Positions 13,165 through 26,019 are shown, counted from the first letter of the stretch. The stretch: DNA of 64,000 nt from Anthoceros angustus (GCA_010909165.1 VJWM01000186.1:310001-374000), one strand, 5' to 3'. Translations and numbers: made by a program. Notes: generated by a model not told the origin, from the sequence alone.

Positions 13165-16100
13165 ATGGCGGAACTCTTGACCGACCAAGAACTTGCAAGT
13201 TCTTAGGTGACCAAAAGGCTAAATTGGCTCAAGAGCAAGCAAGCCAAATGGGAAAGAGAATTGGAAGAAATTAAGGAGAAGGAGAGCGAAAAGAAAATCG
13301 ACTTAAAACCCTAGTGGTTCAAGCGGATAATTTCAAAGACAAAGATAGATTCAATGGAAGAGGGTATGACGTGCAAAGTCGCCCAAGGAGTGCTGCGTGA
13401 GTCGTGACTTGTGGGAGATCGCCAGCACCGAGCCTCGCATGCTTGGGACTGATGCACAGGATGTTTGGGATGCCAAGGACCAGAGCTCGAGATGTTTTAG
13501 TTGGTGGCCTTCACAAGGCGATGGTGCGACAAGTTTAAAGGAGACACCTCCATGATATGTGGGGCGCTAGCTCAATTATACTGGCTAAAGATGGAATGAG
13601 CTTATTGACTACCGCCATCTCCATACCACGAAAATGAAGGAGAATGATTCCATTGATCATATATAGCTTTGCTTTCGCCAAAATAATTTTGAGCGTCATC
13701 GAAGAGAAGCTCTCTCGAAAGCGACATTTATTGCTCTCCTTGCCTCCTTACCACCCTCCTATAGGGCCTTTGTGACAACACAAATCATCCTTAGAGCCGC
13801 ACGAGAAGAGAAAGCAAATGGCTCAGCCACACTTTGGACATTAGTGTCCTTGAATAATTGGAGCCATCATACGGGAGGATGATCGTCGACAAGAGAATCC
13901 TAGATCCACTGCAGCGGTGATGTTTACGGGACAAGGTAGAGGAAGAGGGCGTGGCGGGGCCAGCGGCGGATCCTTTCCTCCTAGGCAAATCCTGGTCAAT
14001 ATTCTCCGATTGGAGAAAACTCTTCTTCCAAAAGGTAACAAGAAGAGTGGAGTTATATGTAATTGGTGCAGAATGACAAATCATATGGAGAAGAATGTAG
14101 AAGAGAAGAGCAGGCGAGCCTAGGAAGGAGGCCACCCCTGGAGCACATGTTGCCATGAAGAAACAATCTTCAGCAACACCATCGCTCTCAACATGCTTGG
14201 CATCATCCAAGCCCTCAAACCAATTGGTATTTAGGAGGTGGAGCTACATCACATATCTGTCACAACTCTTTTGAGTCTTACTCGCCAAAGGACATCAAAG
14301 CTGTCCTATTGGGTGATGATCATAACCTCACTATCTACGGTGTTGGTTGATTGTTCTCGAGATGCTCTTAGGCCAAGTTCTCTCACTTTCTCATGTCCTC
14401 CATGTACCATCCATGTGTAAAACCTAGTGTCATTTGCCAACTTATGTTCGAACATAGCATGCAAATCATCCTTCAAGCGGATAATTGTTACTTTCTTATC
14501 TTACAAGTAAGTTTCATACAATGCTCGGGCACACTAGAAGATGGACTATAAACTTTCAGTCCAAGTGGGTCCCTCACATCTCATCAATGTAGCTTCCCAA
14601 CATTCTGTCCCCTCCTCCAATACTATGCTTTGGCACTGTCGTTTAGGTCACCCTAATAGCCAAAAGCTCATCCAAATGTCTAAGGGAAATTTTTACAGAA
14701 CTCCCTCCTCCCAAGATAGAACCCCTGTCTTGGTGTGAAGCCTGTGTTGTCACCAAACGGCACCAAGCTCCTTTTCATAACCCATCTCCATGGCTAAGCA
14801 CCTTGAGTTGGTACATACAGACATTTGTGGTCCCATTTCTGCGCCTTCCTTTAGTGGTTGTAGATACTTTTTAACCTTCACAGCTGATTTCTCTCGTTTT
14901 GTCCTCACATACATCCTCCGCCACAAAAGCCAAGCTTTCCAGTTTTTTAAGGATTATATGATGTGGGCCGAGAGACTTACGGATAAGAAACTCAAAACCT
15001 GCGTTCCGACAATGGTGGAGAGTTTACATCCAATACTTTTGCTGATTTTTGTCGAGCTGAAGGCATCGCTCAACAACTCACCGTGGTACACACTCCTCAT
15101 CAAAATGGCGTAGCAGAGAATAAGAATTTACGCCTTCAAGAGATAACAGGTTGCTTGCTCTCCCAATCTACTCTATCCAAGACCTATTGGAAGCCATAAT
15201 CTGACCATATCTCATCAAATTGCCCACCTCCAGCGGTCAAGGTATGACACCTTATGAAGCATTCACGGTAGAAAGCCTTCTATTGGACATCTTCGATTTT
15301 TGGATCACCCTATGTATTTATTCCAAAGTACAACGCAGAAGTTCGATCCTAAGGCAAGTACACTTTCATTGGCTATACGGAAGGCATAAAAGGATACAAA
15401 TTATTCGACCCTTCTACCAGAAACTCATATATGCCGAGCGTGACTTTTCATGAGTCCCATATTCTTTCCCCGGTGGGAGCTCCCGCCTCTTACTCCGATG
15501 TTCCTCTGCAACATGGAGCATTCGTCTTTGATGATGATGAATTTGTTACTTTTCATCCTCTTCCTGCCAGAGTTTTCCTCTTGTTGAACCTACTCTGCAG
15601 GAGGAGGAGGAGGAGTTAGAACATATTCCATGTCGACCGACTACACAGATCCCGACACACAAGAACCTCTACATTTAGAAGATCACTATCACCTTAGGGA
15701 TGATTTTGATATTCCCGCGGATGATCGACTTGTGAATGAGGACGAGCTCTGAGGCGAACATGAGCGACTCCAACACAAGAGCCACTCATGAAGTGACATT
15801 GAAGAAAATATTCAACCACAACAACTTTGCTTGGTACAACACGAGAACTAGACCTAATATTTCGGGACTGCAGGATGGAAGGAACCACCCCTAGGATACC
15901 TTGCTACCATTGATGATCCCATCTCTCCCTTTTCACCTTATCACCAAGCTCCTTTTCATAACCCATCTCCCACTTACTTGAGTTGGTACATCTGAGACAT
16001 TTGTGGTCCCATTTGCGCCTTCCTTTAGTGGTTGCGAGATACTTTTTAACCTTCACAGATGATTTCTCTCGTTTTGTCCTCACATACATCCTCCGCCACA

Positions 16101-17520
16101 AAGCCAAGCTTTCCGGTTTTTAAGGATTATATGATGTGGGCGAGAGACTTCTGATAAGAAACTCAAAACCTGCGTTGACAATGGTGGAGTTTACATCCAA
16201 TACTTTTGCTGATTTTTGTCGAGCTGAAGGCATAACAACTCACCGTGGTACACTCCTCATCAAAATGTAGCGAGAGAATAAGAATTTACGCCTTCAAGAG
16301 ATAGCAGTTGCTTGCTCTCCCAATCTACTCTATCCAAGACCTATTGAAATGAAGCCATATTACTTACACATATCTCATCAATGATTGACCTCCGCGGTCA
16401 AGGTATGACACCTTATGAAGCATTCACTGGTAGAAAGCCTTCTATTGGACATCTTCGGATTTTTGGATCACCTGCTTATGTCTTTATTCCCAAAGTACAA
16501 CGCAAGAAGTTCGATCCTAAGGCAGCCAAGTACACTTTCATTGGCTATACGGAAGGCATAAAAGGATACAAATTGTTCGACCCTTCTACCAGGAAACTCA
16601 TATATGCCAGGAGCGTGACTTTTCATGAGTCCCATATTCTTTCCCCTTCAGTGGGAGCTCCTGCCCCTCTTACTCCTGATGTTCCTCTCCCTGCAAACAT
16701 GGAGCATTCGTCTTTTGACGATGATGAATTTGTTACTTTTCATCCTCTTCCTGCCACGAGTTTTCCTCTTGTTGACCCTACTCTGCAGGAGGAGGAGGAG
16801 GAGTTAGAACATATTCCACGTCGACCGACTACACCAGATCCCGACACGCAAGAACCTCTACATTTAGAAGATCACTATCACCTTAGGGATGATTTTGATA
16901 TTCCCGCGGATGATCAACTTGTGAATGAGGACGAGCTCGAAGACGAGCCCGAACATGAGCCTGACTCCCCAACACAAGAGCCAGCTCATGAAGTGGTCGA
17001 CATTGAAGAAAATATTCAACCACAACAACCTGCTTCGAGGTACAACCTGAGAACTAGACCTAATATTTCAGGACCTGCAGGATGGAAGGAACCACCCCTA
17101 GGATACCTTGCTACCATTGATGATCCCATCTCTCCCTTTTCACCTTATCACCAAGCTGTATACAAAGCCACAGTTGATCCCGAAGAACCGCTAACCTTGA
17201 AACAAGCATTTTCCTCTCCTGAGAAACACTTGTGGAAGGTCGCTGTAGATTCTGAGTATGACTCTTTAGTTAAGAATTCTACATGGGAATTAGTGAAACC
17301 ACCTAAGGGAAGAAAAATAGTGACTAGCAAGTGGGTATTCAAAATAAAAAGAAAGGGTGATGGTTCCATAGAGAGATACAAGGCACGACTAGTGGCAAGA
17401 GGGTTTACCCAGATCCTTGGTCTAGATTTTATACCCTGGGCCACCTATGCACCAGTTGCCAAGTTTGCTTCCCTAAGAATTATCTTAGCCTTATTTATGA
17501 CCTACACCTCCATATGATGG
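13165..17520 (+). pseudogene. Copia gag-pol (gag, PR, GAG-pre-integrase, INT, start of RT)
   Basis: ORF pieces 13917, 14541, 14790 and 16381-17517 (PYEAFTGRKP...KWVFKIK...RYKARLVARGF). The start coordinate is approximate. Confidence 0.9.
14761..17157. repeat. ~1.2-kb tandem duplication inside the copia integrase
   Basis: Anchor CACCAAGCT at 14761, 15942 and 17149. Confidence 0.92.
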
Positions 17521-17931
17521 GCGACATATCTTCATCTGCGGAATAATGTCATGATTATGGAAAATTGCCATTTGGTACTTTTCATACGATTACTAATTCG
17601 CTCCAAACACGTCTCTTGAAAGCACATGCGTGCGAGCAATCATTGTGATTGACATTTGAATTCGTGTTCAAAGTGCAATGAAGGTGCTAGGGTGCGAGGA
17701 TGCTTGCGGACAAGCGGCAATGCTCGATTATAAGTAGAGTCGTCGCTCGGATGTATTCAAAACGGCCTCATGGCGGAATGAACAACTTGCTACTAGAAGA
17801 TCCGCGTGTCATCCACTCCAAAGACAACGGCCCATACGACATACATTACAAAAGCAGAAAACGTTCTAGCCACCTAAGGAAGTTCACGGTCAAGATTCAA
17901 GCGCACACAAAACCGGCTTCACTATCGGGAA

Positions 17932-20900
17932 CTACGGTGGCGTTTCTCGACGTTCTTCATCTGTCTCTCCGAAAGAGTCCAGACCATCATCGCCCGGCGT
18001 CGTCGTCTTCCTTCCGTCAACCCGGAGGCATGCCATGACCTCTAGTGTCTGTGCCCTCATCGGCGGGGTCTCAGTCCTTTCTTTCATTCGCTTGACCCTA
18101 GAGGCACAATTTGAGCCTTCCCAATATCCTTCTCGTGGCAAACCTCCTTGGCCCAGGTGAGATGGACCACGACGATGCGGCTCATGTGTCGCTCCTCCTC
18201 CGCATCCGGCGGATTCATATCCATGTACACGCAGAATGAATTACGCACACCTCTTATGCCTCGATAGAAATACAATTTCGGCCGACAACAAAGCCATTAA
18301 AGATGACCCACTACACGCACATGCATCCAATATCCAGTCCCTTCCTTGGAGAATGTCTTGATAAGCTTCATCATCAAACCTAAAGGCGGTAGGACATGAG
18401 ACAACAAGTTTGTCAAGTGAATGATAAACCAGCTTTTCACAATATGGTGGGCAATCACCGACCGACCATTATTGAAAGTGCCCGCAAAACATTAGGTAAC
18501 ATGATGACCCGCAACTCGAGCTTTTCTTGACCCGAAGCGGTGACATACTCCACCGTATCAAACCCACCCTTGTCGTTGTTGACATTTGTCTTGTCCCACA
18601 AATGAAACAAGACCACCCCTCTGCACCACTTCCGCATAGGCTCCGCACAATATGTGAATCTTCCACACCATGCATTATGATCATCCTGAACTGCTCGCAT
18701 TCAGTCAAGTCATGGAAGGAATGCAAAACATTACCAACTTGCCAAATATCAAACCTTCCATCCTTTGGGCCCTTCTCGAATCCACGTGGGACATCCATCA
18801 CAAGCAAAGAGTAACTCCTCTTCCTCACAAAACCTCGCATATCCGCACATCTCGAGCATGAATAAATCGCCTTTTTCTCCGACGTGGGACGGTGGTGCAA
18901 CAATCCCTCTTCAATGTCTCTATCTGCGCTCGCTCATCCTCCAAGCCCTTCCAAGTGTTGACCTCATAAATGAACTGAAAGTTTTGGGGCACTTGGTAAG
19001 GACTTCAATGTCTTTGTTGCTGCACAAAAAGCAGGATGCTTGTCAATATTAGGCGCATCTTGAGGAGGGGCCGCATGCGCGCCCCTCCACTTAGGGCCTC
19101 GGCATCTAGACCGGGTGGCGGCATGCCGGCGTCCTCCTCAACCCTACTATATTGGGGGTGAGGCGCGGCATGCCGGCGCCTCACTCCCGCCGCAGGCCGC
19201 GCCCGTGCCGGCGCGCATCGCTGGCGGCGAGGGGCGGAGGAGGGCGCGGCATGCGCTCTCCTCCTCCTCCTCCTCTGCCTATAAAGATCTAAGAAACAAG
19301 AGTATGATAACATACCTTTCCCTCGAAAGCGATCGCGACTACTTTGGGTGGAATGTTGTGGGTACTCTTGCCTCACCATCTCAAAAGATGAACATCCTAA
19401 GTGCTTCGCCATGGCCACTTGGATGATATGCAATTTCTTGCAATATAATTTCATCGACATTCCTTCAAATCCATAAGGCGGTGAGAACTTTCTCGGTGGC
19501 ACTAATAAGCATTTTGCTGCCCGCTCTCCCCAGAATACCTTGAAAGCAACGCCATGGCTTTGTCTGCATCTCCTTGGGCTTCACCAATATACCCTCAACT
19601 TGTTTCGTTTCTTCCACCGCTTCCGCTTGCCTTTGCTCTTTTGCTCAATCCTGCACATGTTTCTTCCATTGCAAGTCACAAGCCTCCCACTTTGCAAAAA
19701 TTTTGTCCACATTCTCCCATACCCTTCCTTCCAACTTATGCACAAGATGTGCGCCTGTGTCAACCTTGTTCTTTTGTAGGCATCATCTTCCGTCCTTCAT
19801 CATCTTGATAAGACCCAATACCTTATACAGTTGAACTTCCAATTCATGGACATATGCACGCCATCCCGCTTGGCTATAAGATTCATCTCGAGATATCTTA
19901 CTTGCTCTATGAACGACATCTTCCGCCGCGTTGTCGACATTGTATTGTGATCATCGCCAAAACCCTCATTTCCGTGTGGTCACCACAATACACATGTGCC
20001 TCTATCCATTTGAAACGCTCTTTCATGATATGTCCGCCAAATGTTGCATTGCCGCAAATGTGTGGTTCCCTTCTAACACACCCATGATGTATTTCTTTGC
20101 CTGAATTTTTCCACCAGTCCTCTAGATCATCACACTCCTTGGGATCAATCATGCACAAAAGGGGCGCCTCCTCAACTCGGCCCTTTCCAATCACGCGAGC
20201 GGATAATTAGTCCACGCTTCATCCACACGCCGAATCATCCGGTTAGATAAGAGGCGGGCAGATTCTCCAGCTTCACCAAGTCCGGACCACCTTCTTCGCA
20301 TATCTGCATCTCGAATTGGTGAGGTAGTCCTCCTCGTGGAAGGAAGATTCCAACCTCTCTTCATCTGTTGAAAGGTGCACTGGGAATGTCTCTCTGGTGA
20401 CATAGTTCCTGTAGTCTTTGCTTTCTTCCGTATTTTACCATGTTCGGCTCCAAACTCTCTCGTTCGCTCGGATCCTCTTGCATCAGACTGCTTCCTCTTT
20501 CCGGATCCCGGCCTTGTATCGAAATGACTAGCTCGTTGCAACAAATTACCAAATGATCCGGACTTGGGTGTCGTGTTGTTCTCTGCTGCGCTTTGTTTGC
20601 CTTTCCTCCAGCCCTCCCGACAATCCAACGGTGGGTCGATAGCTCTCATAGCTTTGGTATAGTAGAAGGGTGGCGCTGTGGGATGAAGGAGTGAGCGCCG
20701 GGCATACCCCCTTCCCTTGCTCCTGCCACATCCATAAACATGCCTGCATGGGGGGTTGGGAGGGACTCCACACCTGGCGTAGGGGCGCGCATGCGCGCCT
20801 CCTCTTCCTTGCTCCGCCACATCCATACCCATGCTGAGGGGTTGGCGGGGACTCCACACCTGGAATGGAGTCGGGCATCGGCGCCACTGCCTGGCGGGTT

Positions 20901-22270
20901 ATAAGGGACTGGGCACAAGCATAGAGTCGAGGCATGTCATAATCCATTATTTGCATCTCTAACCTCGGTTTCCAAGTCATCCCCTTCTTCCATCATCTTC
21001 GTCGGATTGTCCAAGGATGTCGGGCAATGGTCCATCATGCTCATCTTGAGGCCCAGCTCCTCTTCCTCCGAGCTGCGAGAGGTCCTCCTCGTGATTTTGG
21101 GAGGGCTGCCCAGTTCGCCGCATGCTCATTTCTCTCCTGGTCCACGATAGGGCGTGACAAAAGCACGATTGCTTATAGAAAGCCCTCCCACTGTTGACAC
21201 ACAAAACCCATAAGCCAACTCACGCTACATGCGGCTACAAGCGAAATGAAAAGCACTGATTCAAGCACAAAACAATGTTAGCCAACCCGTCCATACGTGT
21301 TGATTCTGTTTAGCCTCTCAAGGCGGTTGTCGGCTCCGGGAACACTTCTTAAGCTTGAACATCCCAAGGCCCACGGTGATAACCTTGAACTCCTCGCCGG
21401 GCGAATTTCATCCGATTGGTGTGGCTTTGTTGTAAGGAGGATCTCGAATTCGGTTCCGTTCAAATCCAGACTTGCCCATACAACCCAGCCAACTCTTGCT
21501 CGCTGATTTTGGCTTAGCTGGTCCAAACCACAGAACCCACAAGAGCGGTGTCCATATGGTCATCATCCAGCCTCGCTTCTGCAAAACCACTCCTTCCCTA
21601 GACAATTCGCATCGATTGAGTTAGTCCACTGAGCATAGTTTCTTCCAAGTTGTATGGCGAAGGCACAGATCGGGTTGCGTTTTCTTCTTCCCCTTCAAGC
21701 CTCCTTGTCTTTCGCCCCGCCTCCACGTGTTGTCGGCTTTTCTGAATTCCGAGCTCGATTTCTTCGCCGCCCACCCACATCCTTATCTCCAGCGATGCTG
21801 GTTGCTTGCGCTGGCGCCACCGATCCTTGTCGGTGGGGGGCGCCATATCCGCGACTTCCTCCTCGCCTCGAGTCGCCTTCTTCTTGGTTTCTTCCGCACA
21901 ATCTCGGAAGGTGGTTCAAGCGAGGCGCCTAGGTCCTTCTTGCTCGGAGAGCCCTCCCGATGCCATGATTTCCGCCACAAGGAACGGACGCGCATCAACC
22001 ACCAATACGATTAGAGTTCTCACTTTGCGGTGGAAAGCAGCGATTGGGGAGAAGAACACCTCCTTCCTTGCGTGGGGATGATCCTCAAAGGCCCTACGCA
22101 TCCAAGCGTTGAATCACTCCCTCTTCTCTCGCGGTCGCCTGCGATCCACAAAGTTGAAGGGGACGTAAAGCCGTTTCGTGCCGTGGTGTGGGGAAATGGT
22201 TTTAAAAGACCTTATCGCCCGGACAAGAAGTTAGGGTTCCCTTCATTTGCCCGATTCTCATAACCTCCAT
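17932..22270 (-). pseudogene. Multi-exon gene: disordered N-terminus, ParB/Srx-like domain, helical region, beta-class DNA N6A/N4C methyltransferase-like domain (frameshifted as assembled)
   Basis: Read across frameshifts: RRVDEAW...VLEGNH...AHVYCG...LAxDHN (20245-19940); YSLLVMDVPRGF (motif IV); LWDKTN...E; PYCEK/PLGLMMKLIKTFSKEGDWILDACACSGSSLMA...GRNCISIE (motifs X-I-II, 18450-18260). GT-AG introns at 19315-19020 and ~21296-21191. Gene ends are approximate. Confidence 0.78.
18258..18870 (-). other. Beta-class amino-methyltransferase domain (N6_N4_Mtase-like)
   Basis: Motif order IV (18781-18795) ... X-I (18307-18390) ... II is the beta permutation. Confidence 0.8.
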
Positions 22271-22676
22271 GGATTCGCGACGTACATAATGCATAAATTC
22301 CATTTTAGGATAATGTCCTAACTACACCTCTTAATGGTGGTGTCGTTTTGGCGGTGGGCGGCGCCATTACGATGGCGTGCGATTGTTTGCCGTTATAGGT
22401 CTAGAACTTGTGCATTGGCGGCGCCAGCGCCTTTCTCGGTGCGTTGGGTGGCGTTGAAGTTGGTGGCTTGGCGTTATATTTCCCTTTTCCTGGAGAACAC
22501 ACTTTCGTTTGTGTCGTGGGTGAAGTGGCATCGTCGCGGAATGTTACAGAGACTCACGCATGGGCGGTGAAGTGAGCGATCTTTGTTGTATCCAATGCAC
22601 TCCATGCAATAATGTTCCCTTGATGTTCTCTAGCTAAACTTGGCGTTTTCATGTTGCGGAAGGGAGGACTTGCATC

Positions 22677-25600
22677 ATGATTCAACCAAGAGTCGACGCA
22701 AGAAAAAGGAACGCAATGCAAGATTGAATGCGTCCATCCTCCTGTCCGATGATGCCGCACAACACACCGCAGTCTCCAAATGGCTTGTGGGTAGTAGATG
22801 GTCGTGTTAATTGCGTAGTTCTGCCTCACGTGCATGCCAACGGTGACAGAGGCTGGTTCCCCGACTGTCACCAAATCGGCGTTGATGAAGGTTGGAGGGC
22901 GGGTCCGACCTCACCAAGGATTCCTCGGGGTGTTCCTCGAACCAAGGAACATCAATTTGTATTTGTGGGCGGAGTCCTAGTGGCCGCGCCATGAAGAACC
23001 GAATAGTTCCCACGCACGTCGCCGGGTTTGTTTCCAATTGAGGAAAGGAGGGTGTTCTGAAAACCCTCGTCGATGCACCTTTAGTGAGACAGAGGAAGGC
23101 GACCGTCACGCAGTCATTCCACCCCAAACCACCGAAACATTTGTGGCGCCACGGACATGCAATCCGTGGTTCGTAGAAGGCGGGCAAGTGGAGTTCCTTT
23201 GTCGAAGAGCGACTCGGCGTTGTCACAATGACTTAAGCCATGCGCAATGCGTCCATCAATGTCTAAGGCCAATTTCCATGAGCAACGTTATCGTTTTCGC
23301 GAATGGGGAGGCGAGCAAGAGACATTTCTTGATCCCTCGGTCGTGGACTTACAGCCACCGAAAGGACAAGGTCATCACGCATATAATGGGGCGGCCGCGC
23401 ATTCGGTGTTGTTTGCAAGCTTTTGAAGAGTATCGCATCGGCTCGAGAGGTACGAGGAGTTGAAGAGCGGTGTTATGCAATGCACCGTGGGATGGGTCAA
23501 GAGTGAATCCGCGACAACCATCTACACACGATCGGAGCCGTTCGGATGGATAGTTTTCAAGTGATGGCGGAAAGGCTAGCGTTGATGTGTTCCACTGGAC
23601 ACGTTCTCAAAGTTGGAGATCCGGGCCATGTCGGATATGACACGGTCTAGTATGCGATTCGTGTCGTATCCCTATTTTCCGACCCTACGGAGGACCAACT
23701 TCCGAAGGTTAGGATTCCAAAGTCTAATAGGTTTTCCACTTGCTCTTTATGTGAAGGATCAAGCGCACCATCCGAACACTTGGAGCGACCAAGGTTTGTT
23801 CTTCATATCCTGCTGGGATGTGCATAGTTTCTAAGAACCATTTTGCGGAAGGATGCATGACGCCTGTTTACATGTCTGTCACAGTGTATATGCATATGTG
23901 GCTTCTTAAAAGGTGGGCCACCGTGCTTGCGTCTCGGTTGTCGCGGAGGTGTGGCAATGTAGATACCAATGTGCAAGACTCACATAGGTTGCATAGGCGG
24001 AAGAGTGCTTCCATTGTCGGGCCCAGCACCCTTCGGTACATGCACGGCCGCCGGGGCGGCCCCTCAGCGCCTCGGGGGCGCGGAGGCGTGCCCCCAAAGC
24101 TTTTCCGCATGTCGGTCCGGGGAGGGCCATCGCGCCCCTCAGCGTGATTAACCGCACCCATGTTCATGTTCATGTGGTTGTGCAACAATGTCTCGATATA
24201 ATACTGTGTCGTCTCCATTTTTGCAGAGGTTTACGAAGGAGCTTTGGCATCACAGTGCGACTAAGCAATGAGAGAGACAAAGCGGAAACATCGGTCCAAA
24301 AGTTATAGTCAGCCCCACAAGTATATGCGACTTGCTATCGATGGCATGGACGAGAAGACAGAGCTCCCTCATTTCCTCCGTTATCCCAAAGAGTTGGCGA
24401 GGCATCACTTATTAATGTTCATGTGGTGGGATGTATGATACATAATTACACTTTCAAGGCCGGGCATATTTACACTACGCTAATCACTGTGGCCAATCTC
24501 ACTATCCATATAATTGATGTCATATTTTCTTACGAAGGGTGCTTCCTAAAGTTCTTTACCTCCACTTGATAATACTTGTGCGAGAACAAGAACCAGCTAC
24601 TATTCGCGTACCTAAATATGCTCATCGACCTTGGTGTTCGTTAAAATAAAGGTTGGGTTCCTATTGGTTGGTCATACCCATGATCGGGTTGATCAAATGT
24701 TTTCTTGTTTCTCAAGCTTCTTAGGCACAAAGAAGCGTTTACTATTGATACACTTTGGAGATTTTGACGAGCTTTCACCCCAACGCTGAAGTTAAAGTAA
24801 TAGAGGTGATTTTCGGTCTTATGTATGGCCCATTAAGAAGGGGACGAGAGGATATGCATACAAGGCGGCAGTGAACCAGTTGAATAATCTTTCCTTCCAA
24901 CATCAATTTAAAATCACGAGAGAGGAGCGACAGGACCGAGGTCAAGTTACGGTCATTCGAAGTAAGCAGTACTCAACATCCCCTCAATGGGAATCAGAAG
25001 ATGGGTTGGAATTTTTGAAATTTGTTCCATCAACCACCGTACGCCCCACTCCCCTCATGCCGCTGAAGGCGAGAGACAAAAAGGGTCAAGATGGAGGTCT
25101 TTCACCAACGGCAGGTGTGGCGCACTTGAAGCATGGCTTCGAACTTGGCGGCGTATATCACGCCATCGGAGAGGTGTGGTGGAGGTTGTTTTGGGTCGAC
25201 AGAAGGAATTGCCACTATTGTGGAGAACAATATTGCTCTAGTGCTTAAACAACCGTGGAGGTGGTACAACAGAAGAGGTGGAGGCCCACATGCCGCCACT
25301 TCAAGTGCGGAGGAGGTTGTGCTTGATGAAGCATTACTAAGAGAAGTTCCTCAACGGGATATGTATTTGGGAGCTCACCGGAATGCAAGTCGACAACATC
25401 AAGAAATAGAAAGGATGAATGGAGATGTCAAAGAGATAAGGAAGGGCATGTTCATTGCAACTCCATGCTCGGAGATACACATACAGGCTTTGGATTGGGA
25501 AGGTGGAAAGCGTAGACTTGATTGTGCGAACCCATTTCTTATGGTCCAGTACGGTGCACACTGCGATGCTTTTGAAGGGAAATATGTTGAGGAGTTCTTT

Positions 25601-25870
25601 GTTAGAGGACCGACAATCGACGATCGCGAAATGGGAAGAGAGTGGGAAAGAGAAATTTACCCAAAACATTCGAAACTATTTGTGAATAAGACTATTATTC
25701 TCTATTATGGGTTCAACCTCAATGCAAGAAAGCACCTTTACGCTCCGACAAGAAGGCTATTCGAGATAGAATGAATCAGCGACCTTATCTCGCAGCTGGA
25801 GAGGAGGATGACCATGAAGTGGATGATGGATGTCCTTTGGTTGTGAAGGAATTCGGTGTCCCAAGACTAG
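22677..25870 (+). pseudogene. Sola1/DUF7869-like DDD transposase, one predicted intron, frameshifted
   Basis: PKVRIPKSNRFSTCSLC (23702-23752); YMRLAIDGMD (D at 24340); LPKVLYL-LDNTC-ENKN (D at 24568); GFLLVGHTHDRVDQMFS (24655-24705). Intron 23794-24226 (GTTTGT...TTTTTGCAG). The start is approximate. Confidence 0.85.
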
Positions 25871-26019
25871 AGATTTTAGGGTTTTGTTTTCACGATAGAG
25901 TTAGCGTATGTTGGCTTCCGAGTTTCATACTCGGCGTGATTACTAGATAGGTTGGTGAACCGACGCTTTTACGCCTATGTAATGAAGGCGTTCTGGTCCA
26001 TGCTTTTACGTGGTCTACC

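Noticed and set aside
19473-19484. SPPY peptide in ORF 19005-19502 as an N4C-MTase catalytic motif
   Set aside because: It lacks the immediately preceding hydrophobic strand and lies an exon upstream of the MTase fold. DVPR at 18784-18795 has the correct context and spacing.
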